From Eledone cirrhosa (Eukaryota), in NCBI GenBank assembly GCA_964016885.1, contig OZ024741.1, positions 82,150,001-82,214,000 of the forward strand: DNA of 64,000 nt, written 5' to 3'. The notes under the pieces are model-generated. The model was given only the letters and a program-made list of their open reading frames with translations, ran no database searches and had not been told where the DNA came from. Below are positions 12,295 to 26,357 of the stretch, piece after piece. Each line of letters begins with the position of its first letter. The first letter of the stretch is position 1. The position numbers and the translations under genes were made by a program.

Positions 12295-12900
12295 CTGTTT
12301 TCAAAACCCACCTATCATCGCGTTTAAGTCCGCCTCTAATATCCACGACGTCCTGGTACATCGTTCCTTCTCCTAGGACTCCACCCGGCACTCATCTTTG
12401 TTCTCGCCCCCGTTGTAACGCCTGTCCCTTCATTTATAACCTCACCACTCACACAGGCACCAATGGTTCATTCTGTATCCACCACTCCTTCACCTGCACC
12501 TCCACCCACGTAGTCTATGCTCTCCGGTATTCCGTTTGCATGTCCTTATACATCGGACACACAGGACGCCGTTTGGCGGAACGTTATGCTGAACATTTGA
12601 GGGGCATACTACTACGCCACTCGTCATTTCCATTCCCATGTCACTCTTCCCTACACGTTTCAGTTATTGGTGTCTTTTTACATCATGGTTCACTCGCGCA
12701 GAGTGTCAATTTCCACCTTTTCCCCATTTTCCCCAGTCGATTCAACTCCCCTGCACAATTTCTTTAATCTTACACACATACGCTCCTGCTTAATTCTCTA
12801 CCCCTAGGCACCGTCACGAAAACCCCGCCCATTGTCACAGACGTGCGCGTACTTTCACCCCTCCCTCCTACTTTCCTATGGCTCTCTTATAGTCATAAAC
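12295..12900 (+). mobile_element. Neptune-type PLE GIY-YIG endonuclease fragment
   Basis: PGTHLCSRPRCNACPF...FTCTSTHVVYAL...LYIGHTGRRLAERYAEH. Confidence 0.8.
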
Positions 12901-13344
12901 AAACTTCTACAGTTTATACAGTCCAACAAGAAACGCACACGCACCTCTACATTTACCTTCACAGCTCTGTACACACACACGCACACCATTATATACACAC
13001 ACATTCACACACACTCTTTTACTTACATATATACATATCCTCAGAGCTTCGTACGAGCTTATAATAAAGCACACACACACGCACACGTACTGCTCTATAT
13101 ACAAAACGGTTTTTTCCTTTTTCAGATGGACGTGCTCCATCATGATCTTTTCAAAAATGTATATCATACTCAAAACCCCAGATTCAACAGTTTTCCAAGA
13201 GATGACAACATGAGTGAACCTGTTATTTTCTCTAAAAACGTTTCCTTTTGCGACCTGCCCGTCTCCTCAATCATTTTATTTCTGTTTGCCTTTTGCATAC
13301 ACACACACACACACACACATATACATACATACATACATACATGG

Positions 13345-13950
13345 TGGCTGCCAACTCGTTTTCGAGTATGGCCACTACTTTATATCCATGTAGGTAAACT
13401 CCTACCGATGCGCTGAACGAGTGTGACTTTTTAGTCCAGCCAGCGACTTGAAAACTCTGGTACAAACACTACACTTGTGACAATTATTGACACATAGTGC
13501 TGGGCCCATGGTACCATGTGACGACAAGTGCAGAGAGATCTCCAGATATAAAGCAATGCCTGTGCCGTGAAGCTTTTATAGTGAGCAAAGGCACTGCACA
13601 CAGCCAGTCCCACTCTCTTAACCAATATGATATTTACCAAAAAGAAGAACAAGTCAACATCATTGGATACCATCAGGGTTGCAGGTGTTATATCAGAGTT
13701 TTCCTTCTCCTAGAATTCTGCCTTGACAAAGGCTAAGGGGTCATCTCTCCCGGTGATTTTGGATGGCCATTGACTCTTAAGAGCTCCTTTGCCCTTTGAC
13801 AGGTTTTGTTTTTAGTCCTGCAGGATGTCCAAAGTCACCCTCCTCACCAAGAAACCTTGGTGGGGTTGCCAGTTTAGTTGCCAACGACCCGACCATGAGA
13901 CAGGTTGTACTAGGATACATGTTACCAGTAACACCAACTGGTGACCTGAC
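13345..13950 (-). mobile_element. Interspersed repeat resembling an RTE-LINE 5' UTR or RTE-derived non-autonomous element
   Basis: GC-richer block between (CATA)n tracts; minus-strand start motif gtcgttggcaactaaactggcaacccc; family assignment from recall only. Confidence 0.45.
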
Positions 13951-14062
13951 ATACATACATACACACATACAAACATACATACATACATACATACATACAT
14001 ACATACATACATACATACATACATACATACATACATACATACATACATACATACATACATAC
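13950..14062. repeat. (CATA)n microsatellite
   Basis: Seen directly. Confidence 0.95.
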
Positions 14063-14084
14063 AGAAAGCCTGATATAAATCTTT

Positions 14085-14982
14085 CACCCAGATAAATCGG
14101 AAGATCCTATTTAATGTTCAAACAAGAAGAAAAAATTGACCAATTTACAGAAAAAGTTGTGCATGGATACTTGAGACGTATAACAGCGACCATAGAGGGG
14201 ATAAACCACTCAAAAAGCATGGCATGGAGTTCCGACAAGTTTATGACATCACGCCTTGAGGGATATCTCTATGCAATACAGGAACAAGAACTTCCTACCA
14301 AATATCTGCTGCACAAAAGGGGAGGGCCATCAGCTGACAATAAATGTAGGCTATGTAAAACAAAGATAGAAGATGTAAGCCACATTGTTGCCAGCTGCGA
14401 AAGAATGTCATCTCGCTACTACCTCCCCATGAGACACGATGGGATAGCTAGAACCATCTGGAATGCACTTCGGAAAACAAAATTAACAAATGAGGAGGAA
14501 TATATTGAGACAGATGGCACTAAGGAATACTGGTGGAATCTAAAAATAAAAACTGCCACCAAATTAAAGCACAACCGGCGTGATATTGTTGTTTGGGACC
14601 ACACATTGAAAACGTGTTCTGTTGTGGAGATCAGCTGCCCACTTGATGTAAACGTTGTCAGAAAAATACAGGAGAAGGAGGATATCTACGGACCATTGAT
14701 GAGGAGTTTGCAAATCCAGTATCTAAGATACACCTTTAGCTTCATACCCATCATTATTGGAGCTACAGGTTATATACCAACCCGTTTGGACTAAAGTATG
14801 ACTGAACTTGGATTTGCGGACAAAGAGCGCAGCTCCCTAATTCATAGTCTACAAATGGCTGCGATAGCTGGCACCTTCAACATTTGCAAAACATTCTTGC
14901 GATTCAGGGATGACAATCTCTTTTCTTTTACAACCTTGCCACCAGGAACGTGGCCGGTCAAAAACGTTTAAGAGAAAGAGAT

Positions 14983-14985
<3 letters not shown>
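14085..14985 (+). mobile_element. 3' fragment of an RLE-type non-LTR retrotransposon (R4/NeSL-like)
   Basis: ORF 14114-14794: AIQEQ, CRLC-x7-HIVASC zinc knuckle, RHD, HNRRDIVV...VEISCP...K..K...Y restriction-like endonuclease. Confidence 0.88.
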
Positions 14986-15023
<38 letters not shown>

Positions 15024-15539
15024 GTGTGTGTATGTGTGTGTGTATATATATATGTGTGTGCGCGTATCTGTATTACATAGAGAGAGATAGATACATATAA
15101 ATGTGTACATATATCAATATCCATCTATTATTGCTCCCCCCTCTCTATTTATATGTATCTCTTTCTTTCTCTATATATATATGCTAAATAGTTTAAAAAT
15201 CACATCATTTTGAGTTTATGTTTTTACCTTCGGGTAAAAATATAATTGAACATATTATTTATTTATATATATACTTTTATATGTGCACTGCTTTTCATTT
15301 CTTTTTTTATAAACAAATATACAATTACATTAAGTCCACAAATATTCAGCTTAATACAAGGATTATAAGAAACCAAAATATTATTGAAATCTCGAAAGAA
15401 AATAAAAGAATTTGTTCTTTTATTTGGTTGTTTTGTTTTTGGTTTTGCAACGTTTATTTTTATTTCTCCTTGAAAGTAAGCAAACATTTCAAAGGGGGAG
15501 AAGTTTGAGAAAACAATAATATATGAGTAAGATTAGTGT

Positions 15540-15655
15540 GAACAAGAACAACGAGGAAGAGGAGGAGGAGGAGGGGGAAGAAGAAGAAGAAGAAGAAGAA
15601 GAAGAAGAAGAAGAAGAAGAAGAAGAAGAAGAAGAAGAAGAAGAAGAAGAAGAAC
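15540..15655. repeat. (GAG)n/(GAA)n microsatellite
   Basis: Seen directly. Confidence 0.95.
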
Positions 15656-16687
15656 ACATATTTAAAAGTCTAAGCTAAAGGAAAAACAGTAAATACCATA
15701 ATTCTTAATATTTAGAATTTGCAGAATAAATATCTTGTGAACTTGCAATTATCTCTACTTTCTATTATATACATTTTTTTTCTGTTTTTTTTTCAGGCGG
15801 GTTTTAAATAAAATATTCTTTAGGAAAAAACTGTTATAGAAAAATGCAAATGAAAAAATAAAATAACAAAATAAAATAAAATAAAATAAAAAAAACAAGA
15901 GTGCATGCGTACATTTTATTGTTACTTTTCACGCCAATTCCGCAGAAAATATGTTTCAGATTATATATTTCCTGTGCATTTTGTTTTGGTGAACATCATA
16001 AAGTCTGTTGTTATTAGACCGCCTTCATTTTAGAGCAAAGTCTGGAAATGTGGTTTAGGTGAAATCTATCGCAATAAGTAATTTTTCAAGACTAGTAGTT
16101 ATGTAATTCATCTCTTGACGTCGAACTTCTAGATAAGGGGACATAAACACAGAGTAAGCGTAAAAACCTACACTTTTCCTACACATCTACATATGCATAC
16201 ATGTATATACGTACGTACGTATGTATGTATTTATATATATATATATATATATACATACACTTCGTTTTTGAATTTGTTTTACAGGATATCTTATCTGAAA
16301 ATATGTGTTGAAACAGATATTGTCACAATTTGGGAGAGTCGTGTTGCTAATAAAATCACACGCAGCAGTTGATTCTCACTTTATTATAAATTTCAGGTTG
16401 GCTGGTTGATTCGATAACCATCTTGTAGGACATGATGATGTAGGATAGAAGAAAGGAGGGACACAAAATAAAAGCCCAGTCACTGAGAACGTCACAGAAT
16501 GTGTGAGGAACGAGCTTCGACAATATATTAACATCCATCCTTTTATCGAACCAACAGTCACCAAACCGGAAATTTATAATACATTGAAGTTTAAACCAAC
16601 TGGTGCATGTGTTTTTATTGGCAGCATGGCCCTCCGAAAGTAGAACAGTATATATTTATATATATATATATATACATGATGATGATG

Positions 16688-16875
16688 ATGGGGCACGGTC
16701 CAGCAAAGCCGAAGCAAGCGATAGCCTAACACATGATACTAGAGGCTGTGAGGCGAGTGGGGCACTGCCCAGAGCCTGCGAGGCGAGCAGGGCGCGGTCC
16801 AGCGAAGTCGAAGCAAGCCAGAGCCAAACACAGGAATCTAGAACATGTGACGCAAGCGGGGCACGGCCCAGCCTT
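16688..16875. repeat. GC-rich imperfect tandem duplication (~100 bp period)
   Basis: gggc(a/g)cggtccagc.aag.cgaagcaagc occurs twice and ggggcac.gcccag twice. Confidence 0.65.
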
Positions 16876-17749
16876 CTTATTCTTCTTCCGGGCGGAAGGA
16901 GACATAACTCAGAACAGTCTTTCCCAATTAAAATTAGCAGTTATACAATTATGTAGCCAACGACTGTACCACTCAACCACCGAGACTCTTCGAATGTTTA
17001 AACATTTTTTAAAGTTATATTGTAAATAGTAAACTTTCTTATCTTACGTATGGATTTGCTTAAATATTTTACCGCATTCGGTTATACTATCAATTATCAA
17101 AAACTAATATAGAATTTTATTCATTTAATCAATTTCATGTATATCTCTACAGAAAACTAACTCATCCCCTCTCTCTCTCTTCACGACCATCTCGGTCTAC
17201 CCCCAACCTAATTCATTTCGCACATAAAAGTCAATACTAACTACTAACTGCGATAAATAAATAAGACGTACCTGTTTGTTCTATTCTCACCCTTCTAAAG
17301 GGTACATATGTGTCTATCTGTGTGTATACACGTATCTGTGTACATGTGCTTATGTGTGTGTACATATATATGTGTATACAGGTATGATTATATATAGATA
17401 TATATGTATATATAGGTATATATGTGTGTGTGTGTGTGTGTAGATAACCGTGTGCGGGTGTGTATTATATATTTACAATATGGATTACAATTTTTAACAG
17501 CTACAGTTATAATTTTAACACCCCTTACTATTAGGACCCTTAATATTGATAAGCATACACAATCCCAAATAAACCCATATATGTTTTTATATGTGAATTT
17601 TTCACTAACATCTCCAATACTACCACACCCCACAACATGAGGAGTGATAGTAACATATTAACACTACTGCCTCTAATGTCAGCTAGACCAAAAAACCTCT
17701 ATTTTATAGGTACATACAGTTATTAGAACTGGTTGTTAAAAACATCCCT

Positions 17750-19450
17750 AACCAACTGACATAATTCCAGGACAACTGACCTAAGAAATTCAATAGACTT
17801 GCTATTGGAATGATAAGATAGGAGGAAGGTAAATTCTATTGATGTTTGAATTCGTTCATTCTAAATCATAAGCCACCAGTTCTTTGAGAAATCGATACCA
17901 TAATTCGGAATAGGGCATATCAAAAGATCGAAATAGCAGAAATAAACTTTGTTCCATCATTATGTTTTTCTTTTTTTTTTTTGTTCAAGTTCTAGCTATC
18001 TTATGAGGCCATAGCTGTTGAATAATGGTTATCACCGAAATATATATAAGTTAATTTTAACCTGTTGACTTACATTTCTTGTTTTTTAATTACTCCGGAA
18101 TAAACAGACCCACCTGCGCAGAAATCGCTCTCCGAAATAAGGAAACGGATTTCATAATTTGTTTTCTTCCAAATCTCTACTGCTGGGTTGGAATGGAAAA
18201 TAATATAGACTTGTGAGATGCCCTTTTCCGACCATCTTCCTGAAGCAGGGATTAGCTCCAAGCTGGGGCCAATTTGTAATGATGTACCATTTCGAAACGC
18301 AGGAGACTATTGCAGTAGAATGTTTAATAAGAGTGAGTAGATAATACCTTCGATGTTAATATTTGAAGCAGAGGTAATGCCGAAATACTTTTTATCTGAA
18401 ACTACTATTGAGCGATCCTAGTTACACTATGTGATTATAATCATCACTACTCTAAATGTAAAAATAGACTTCAAAATCCTGTATAAATATTCTAGAGGGT
18501 ATCTTGAAGATAGAGTTTTCTGTAGATTGTTGGGTGTTAATATTCTTCCTTCTGTATTTAAATTGTTATTGAAGTTTAATTCAAAAAAGAACAGTCAGTA
18601 TCTCCGGGAAGAATATATCTCATACGAGGTAAAAAAAAGATTAGGCATTCTATTAAGCATATAATACAGAAGGTGTAATATTGTAATATGGGCGGAAAAC
18701 AAGAGGAAAGAGTATCAATTTAAAGTTTAAGTGTGGATGAGATAAATATAACAAGTTCAGAAATACGGCCATAATTTTCGTAGCTTAGAATTTGACCATT
18801 AATTTAGAAGGCGATTTCATTTTTATGCGTAGATTTTCCTATCAGATATATGGTACGATAAAATATTGTCAATCTTTTCAAACATACACCTAATAAAAGA
18901 ATTCCAATTTATATATAACTGACTTGCAGTTATTCATCGTATTCTAAGGAATGTAATCAATAGATATGTTATAATAATATCAAAACTGCTTAACTGTGTT
19001 GCTGTGTGATGGGTTGTAGAAGGAAGTGGCAGAAAAACTGTAGAACCTTCTCCTTCTATTCACATTACTTTCCCTCGCATTTACGACATCATATATAATT
19101 TCAACATGATTGCTCATGTCATGGAGATCAGTATATCATGTTAAAATACACTTAAACATATCGGGTCACAGTAATATAGGAAATTTCATTCAACAATCTC
19201 CACCAGCACCTCTCTTCATTGAATAAACTGTAGTTTAAGCATATCCTTTGGCTCAACAGTTTCCACCAAACACATAACCGAGAGGAGTCAAGTCAAACAA
19301 TTACTTCCTCAACAAGTTTAAGATAGGTTTACCAATGACCGCTCTGTGAAAGGTCAAATTGAAAGCATTTATTAACACTCACTGATCTTTTCGTAGAGAC
19401 AAAATCAATCTCGAGAGTGGAAGCATCACAAAACAGGAATGTAATTCAAA
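17750..19450 (-). mobile_element. Highly decayed LINE reverse transcriptase (CR1/L2-like)
   Basis: Faint motif relics in the right order on the minus strand: KAFD-like, KYFGIT, IGPSLE...WS. Confidence 0.35.
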
Positions 19451-19706
19451 TAAATAGTAGCAAGGGTATATGTGGTCAAGACATTTGTTTGGCAACCACG
19501 TACATCCGAGTTCGATCCCAGTCCATGGCAACTGGAAATGTATATTGTAACATAATTCCCGTGTTAATCAATACATTACATATTAGAATATATTTGAAAA
19601 GGCTGAAATTGTGTGGAAAATATTTTGACATAAATACAAGTACACACACACGCAAATATCCCCCACACATACACATAGAGACACACACGAACTTTATATA
19701 CATATT

Positions 19707-19738
<32 letters not shown>

Positions 19739-19739
19739 A

Positions 19740-20569
19740 ATTGATGAGCAGAACAAACAAACATTAAACAATCCTTTAAATAAATTAAACAATAATTTAA
19801 ATATCTACCTGTTTATAATGCTATTACCGGCGGTTTCCATCCACAAAAGATTGGAAATTCCCTGAATTTCCAACGGAAAGTAGATTTCATCAGATAGCTA
19901 TTTCCTTTCCATAGGACATCTATCCCATGGTCCGCAAATATAATGCCAACTACCAGCTCGTATGAGTTATAGCCGTTAAAGTGACCCATACGTGACCTGA
20001 CCACTAGAGCAAGCGGGAATATTACAGACTTGTTGATGGCTTGGCTGCTAAAAAAATAGCGGTAAGCAACAACGAATTTTTTCTCTACATAGATCGGAGA
20101 ATATATAAAAATGAAGTAAATATCTCACTGAGCACTAAGTACACATTGAGATATATTTTTTTAGCAGCCCAGCCATCAACAAGTCTGTAATATTCCCGCT
20201 TGCTCTAGTGGCCAGGTCACGTATGGGTCACTTTAACGGCTATAACTCGTACGAGCTGGTAGTTGGCATTATATTTGCGGACAGATGTCCTATGGAAAGG
20301 ACATAGCTATCTGATGAAATCTACTTTCCGTTGTTAATTCTCTGAATTTCCAATCTTTTGTGGATGGAAACCGCCGGTAATAGCATTATGAACAGGTAGA
20401 TATTTAAATTATTTTTTAATTTATTTAAAGGATTGTTTAATGTTTGTTTGTTCTGCTCATCAATGTTTATAGTTCTGGTACCTCTAATTAGTACCATAGA
20501 ACAACAAATATATTATAGACACCCTATATATCTCAATGTGTACTTAGTACTCAGTGAGATATTTACTTC

Positions 20570-20576
<7 letters not shown>
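19740..20576 (+). mobile_element. Non-autonomous PLE-like fold-back element
   Basis: Inverted repeats 19741-20058/20155-20463 and 20101-20155/20526-20578; contains a hammerhead; (TA)n flanks. Confidence 0.8.
20306..20384 (+). ncRNA. Type I hammerhead ribozyme, canonical core; inverted copy at ~19819-19900
   Basis: gctat-CTGATGA-a.atctac...gtggat.g-GAAAcc(gcc)ggTA-atagc; GUA triplet, predicted cleavage after 20379. Confidence 0.78.
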
Positions 20577-20637
<61 letters not shown>

Positions 20638-21278
20638 AACCTAGGAATTTTAAACTAGACATATGATCATTATTTTTCACACATTATTGATACGTGTCTC
20701 ATTCATGAATACTGATATTTACATTATAATGCCTGTTTTATACGAATTGATATTTTTTACATTGATGAAACATAGTGTTTTAAATCTGCCTCGTTTTTGT
20801 CTGGATATTTTTCTTTTCTCTCTATGTAACGGCTGTTTTCTCTCTTAACCACATATATCTCTCTCTACATTAATACTAGAGCTAAATAAATAAATAAATA
20901 AATAAATAAATATATCATTGATACGTCATTCCACTGGTGCCCAACTACCTAGTTTCTTTCTCTCTATCTCTATCTATATCTATCTCTCTATATTTTCTCT
21001 CTCTCTCTCTCCTCTCTTCTCTCTCTCTCTCTCTATCTATCTCCCTCTGTGTTTTTTTTCCTCTCTCTGTTTCTTTACATGAATCTCTTCTCTCTATCTA
21101 TTTCTCTATATCTATCTCTCTCTATTTAGTTGCATGCATTTCTTCTTTTTCTTCGTTTTTCTTTCTTTCTTTTTATAACTGTCCCTAATATTTTTTCACT
21201 ACCAAATCAACTTTTCAAATAGAAGTCGAAGTTGAAAGGTATGTCGAATCTATCTATTTATAAGACTGTTTATATTGT

Positions 21279-21342
21279 ATTTTGTCTGAAGAAGGCATAA
21301 CATATTTTTAATATGATATCCCTGAAATATATATAATGAAAT
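21279..21342 (+). ncRNA. Minimal type I hammerhead ribozyme in a solo pLTR-like repeat (~21190-21470)
   Basis: attttgt-CTGAAGA-agg...cct-GAAAt(atat)aTA-atgaaat; related truncated copy at ~33100-33127. Confidence 0.7.
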
Positions 21343-21473
21343 AAATATGGTTTTATAAATATAGTTTCCATTTATTTAATATCGTAAATATACTCCAAAT
21401 ACTTGTTGAGTGCTTTTATATCAGTTATAAATATTTACTCGTTGTTAACCCAACAATTTAAATAAAACTTTGC

Positions 21474-21504
<31 letters not shown>

Positions 21505-22611
21505 CGCGTATATATATATATATTCACATGCCATAATTTAAATTTTCCATATATTCACAGTGATCCTACCTTTAACATATTTCTTTACATAGGAAATATA
21601 TTTATGTCGTTGACCTTATATCTAGCTATATACACTTACATATGAAGACTTGTACATGTGTAAACAGTGCAATGTCAATACTAAGAAATCAGCTGGTGTA
21701 TTGAGTCTCTGAAGAAGGAAACAAAGGTTTCCAGAAATAACTGGACACACTTTCGTTGTTTCTTTTCTCATAACACGTTGTGGATCAGTGTGCTGCTGGA
21801 TAGAGAGAGAAATTAAAGGTAAACCTTCGGGACCCGTTTGATGAAAACACAACTTAAACCGACCCGGATTTTAGTATTTAAAAAATGAATTTCTTTTGAA
21901 GTCCGCATATTAAAATTTAAATCCTCCACTATAAATTTATATAAGAGGCATTCTCTTCATTATTGCGATATACGAACAACGCGGAAGATAGTTATATTAC
22001 TAAACACATATTATTAGCAAAATTATTTGAAAATGATAGTCAGTATGAAGCCACATCATTCTGGATTTAGAACTGTAGTGCTCTCTAGACAAAGGGAAGT
22101 AGCTAAAGTTACTTGCCGTAGAATTTCTAGAATATTCCTTGAACTTCCGTTCCAGAGATTATAAAAGAAAGAACAAAGGGCAATCTCTCTCTTTTGGCAA
22201 CAGGCTCTAGAACTGACCACACCAAGCACAGATATGTTACGTTTTTCCAATCCTATCTTGTTTTTCAGGATTACACTTCTATCACGTCACAAGGTACGTT
22301 TTGTTACCACATTGTAATAATCACACTACAATAAAATACACGTTGTTATTGATACTCGTTTTGAGATATTTGTCATGCTTCAATTATTACTTCGAATGTA
22401 GAGAGATAATTCTTTCAAATTAAATTAGTGGTTGGCATACAGTGGTATTTACTGGAGTAAATAACCCTATGACCAAATCACTGAAGAACCATTGCGCGAT
22501 ACATTGGGTAAATGTCAGGTAAATATCTTGTATTATTGCCTGACGTTCAACAATGTCTTCTGAGGGAAATTCTGTAGACGGCAACTTCAGAAACCAGTAT
22601 ATATATAATTA

Positions 22612-22753
22612 TATAACAAAGGAATTGTGGTAAGGAACCAGATGGACCATAACGCACCAGAGTACTCAATGCTTAGGGTAGTAGAATGGGAAATAGGAAA
22701 AAGTATGATCCCGAAACGGCTTGAGCTCTGCCGTCGGGGGTCATACTTTTTCC

Positions 22754-22758
<5 letters not shown>
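22612..22758. mobile_element. Mini fold-back remnant of the Naiad pLTR family seen at 6200-6400
   Basis: Inverted tail (gtggtaaggaaccag...ataacgcacca) joined to the 3' half of the hammerhead (gaaacggcttgagctctgccgtcggggg); (TA)n flanks. Confidence 0.8.
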
Positions 22759-22784
<26 letters not shown>

Positions 22785-24297
22785 CAAATATTGAGTTATA
22801 AACTCGAAATAGTCTTTTACAATTAAATAGCTCAAAGAAGGAAATATTTCCGAGCCGTGTAATACAAATGAATATATGAGGGATAAACACCTATACAATT
22901 ATACATGTGTTCGAATTGCAATTGACCAAGTTAGCTAGGTTGAAAAATACTAATTTTACATAATATGGTTTGCCTGTCTCGATTTAAAATAATAACTCAA
23001 TAAAAATAACAAACCTATATTGGCAATGGCCGTGATACCCGGACAAATTCTAAATTTGTTTCGCAATTAAGTGAAAGTTACTATTCCTGTGCTCTTCTGC
23101 GGGTATCCAGGAAAATTCGTATCATTCACTTCAAAATGCTTAAGAAGACTGAGAAATACGTGCTGTTGAACGCACATGTGTTCCAGAGCCTAGCTCGTGT
23201 CATACTCGTGCTGCTAAAAATAGCAGTCGGTTTTATAGGACTAAAATTAGCTCAACGTATGGAACCGTGAATATCAAATATTGTTTGGTTGGTTTTTCGC
23301 TTCTGCATCTTATCTATCTCCATAATTAATTAATTTGGTCAAATAAAAATGGCCTAGACATACAATACAACAGGAGGAACATAATAGTACCACTGATGAT
23401 GTTTCGGATGTGCAACGAAATAATTTGTTACACTATATATATGTATTTATATCTGTACTTTTGACCGTTGGTCAGTCAATGAAAAACATTGAGGAGCAAA
23501 TGAATTATCTGTGGAGTAAAAAAAAAATACAGAAGCGAAAACCAACCAAACATTGAGTGTGTTCTGTTATTATTTCTGGCAATATTATTACAACAATATG
23601 ACCCTCCCCAAGTATAACAATATATATATACATACATAAATATATATATACGTATATATATACATATATACATATATACATACATATATATGTGCACGCA
23701 TATGAGTGTGTGTTCACGTATTTGTTCTTTTGTGTCTGATAAGGTAACCATGATGTAAATAACGAGTCGATATGACTGACTAAATCAAGATCCTGCACCA
23801 AAATGTTGCCTGTCTAATTATTGAAATCGACTTATTTTGGGGGGAATTCTTTCGAAAAACGAGTAGCCTCAGCCGGATGGCTGGTACAGGTAAAATAGTA
23901 AAAGAGTAAACGAGCTAACGAATTCACAAGCATGCGAACTGATGCCGAACACTCTATCAACTAAGTCACTCCCCTTACCGATATACGGCAGTAACACAAC
24001 TTTTCTGAAATGTCGAAAGCGGGAAAGTGTTTGATTGTGGATTTTCTGGTTTCATCTGTAAATACTGCAAATTCCGCAATCATTTTCAATTGAAGATGAT
24101 TTCAATTATCATTTAATTACAGCGATAGCAATACGGATGTCTTAGCTGCTGGCAAATCTTATAAATATATTCTCAAATATTAAATCAGTAATGAGGTTTC
24201 TGGTGACATACAGGTGATAATGGCGACGAAGATTTTGTCGGTGATGATGTCATTCGAGAAGATGGTGCTGTTGTAGTTGATAATGACATTAATAATA

Positions 24298-24412
24298 ATT
24301 GTTTCTACTTTTGGCACAAGGCAAGCAATTACCCAGTACATTACTAGTACTTTATTTTATCGACTCTGTAAGGATGAAAGGCAAAGATAACCTCAACAGG
24401 ATTTGAACTCAG
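24298..24412 (-). mobile_element. SINE family A, 5'-truncated
   Basis: Reverse complement of the shared core and tail. Confidence 0.85.
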
Positions 24413-24439
24413 ACAGCAGCAACGACAACAACAATAATA

Positions 24440-25230
24440 TTTGTATTGGCCATAAGGGCAGATATATGGGGTAAAAGAGAAAGACAGTGGGTGTTTACAT
24501 CAAAATTGAGTGAAAAAGTATATCAATATATTGAAAAAAAACAATGACACTCCCCAGAGGTGACTCAGAAAGTCACAAATCATAAACAACCCTATTTTCC
24601 AAGAGTACCCCAGGGAGTGCACCTCTCCTCTCCAAACTAGCCACCCTATAAGCATATGGTCAAGGTAGACATGTTCTTACGAACCATCCTCATTACGTTC
24701 ACCTTTTAACAAATGTAGCCTTTGTATCAAACAAATATGTTTTCTTAGCGAAACATTTTTTTTCCTCAAATTTCCTGTATTACTGCTGAAAGTTTAACAA
24801 ATCTTGAAAGAACACTGTGGATTTCTCAAATCGTACTGGCAACACTGTGTTATATTAGTAATGTGCATATTTATGTGTATCTAGGCACACCTAAAGAACT
24901 TCATGAGCCGTAGACAGCTTGCAATGACACGAAAGTTTTAACCTTCTGTAGCTCATCTCCAAGTCTGAACACAATATATATCTTCAGGAGAAAGAGAGAG
25001 CATAACAGGTAGTAAGAACGAGGTATAGACGCACAATCAAACCCATATACTGGCCTGGAACATTTTTATACACCTCATAAGTATGAAAGTCAAAGTTAAC
25101 ATCAGAGAGATTTGTGTTTAGAGGACGGAGACCAGGACCAAATATTCCAAAGCATTTTCTGTAGCGACTCTGCAAATTCACTGCTTGTAATCGAATACAA
25201 TATTACAAAATATAACTAATTTACCCGTGT
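24440..25230 (-). mobile_element. Decayed 3' end of a Tx1/L1-like LINE
   Basis: The terminus tattggccataagggcagatatat...gacagtggg resembles the Tx1 3' end at 55675-55725. Confidence 0.5.
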
Positions 25231-25831
25231 TGAATACAACTTAGACTGCATAACAGAAAATAAACTATGACGCATTTTGTTAGGTTTCTGATATTTCGCA
25301 GTAACTGTACATGATTTAGCGATATTTATTCAGTTATAACGAGATTAATAAATGAAAACTACTAAGCTCACACATACAAGACCAATACGTGTTTATTTAC
25401 TCTTTCAACAATGTTATTCAATCCCAGACGTCTATATAGACCTCTTTGAATAAACAAAAGGGTGCATCTTCACTTTACATATATTTGTAATGCTTAGCTC
25501 ACCCCAGGATTGGGCATTTTCGATCAGGCGTAGATTTGAATCCATTTTACTAATGATTATACACTTTGTGTCAATATTACACGTACCTCATATTCAAATC
25601 AAAAAAGGCATTTCAACAAGCATTAGCATTTGAGAATATATACTGATATTATTTATAGCAAGTCAACTGACTGATTGGATCATCAGCTTCCTGTTAAAGT
25701 TGCAGAATTGTAGAGTAATCTATCTACCTACCTATCTAGCTATCTATTTATCTGTCTAATTATAATTCTCTATTACAATGCACCACCACACAAACATGCA
25801 CATATACATACATATATATATGTAGATATAT

Positions 25832-25871
<40 letters not shown>

Positions 25872-26357
25872 GGAAATTTGAGAGGGAAAGATTTGAAAGG
25901 TGTGCTAAAATGACTGCAAAAACGACTTTTCATTATATTTGTATATGACAGCACATTAAGTGATGTAGAATGAATCTGCCTGAAATATATCAGATTCCAA
26001 AACGATAATATATTCCACGTGTTGATTAACATAGGTCGATGATCTAAGCTGTCGCCTGTTAAACAACGCATGGTTTGGCAATATTTAAAATGACATTCTA
26101 GTTCTAAGTTTCATATACTGAGAATATATCTTTAGCTAAGATTGAATTTACAAATATTATTAAATAATTATAATTGATGCATGCACATGAAAGTGGAAAT
26201 GCGGCGGATAGTCGATTAAATTGCGTTCATTATGTGACTGATACTAAATCAATCCTGGAAGGATCGAAACAACAAGGTAGGATCTACGTGTTTGATTTCC
26301 ATGCTAGAAATGTCTCTCATATCACAGGTTACCGTCATAAATAAAGAAAACATTTAC

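Noticed and set aside
16283-16560. Possible plus-strand exons after tttacag and tttcag acceptors
   Set aside because: Frames close quickly; no recognisable product or clear donor
21660-22260. Possible exons (ORFs 21622 and 22056)
   Set aside because: No consistent splice and frame structure; 22056 looks more like a decayed LINE 3' relic
23390-23450. Complete hammerhead at CTGATGA...GAAA
   Set aside because: Stem I partner missing; counted only as a relic
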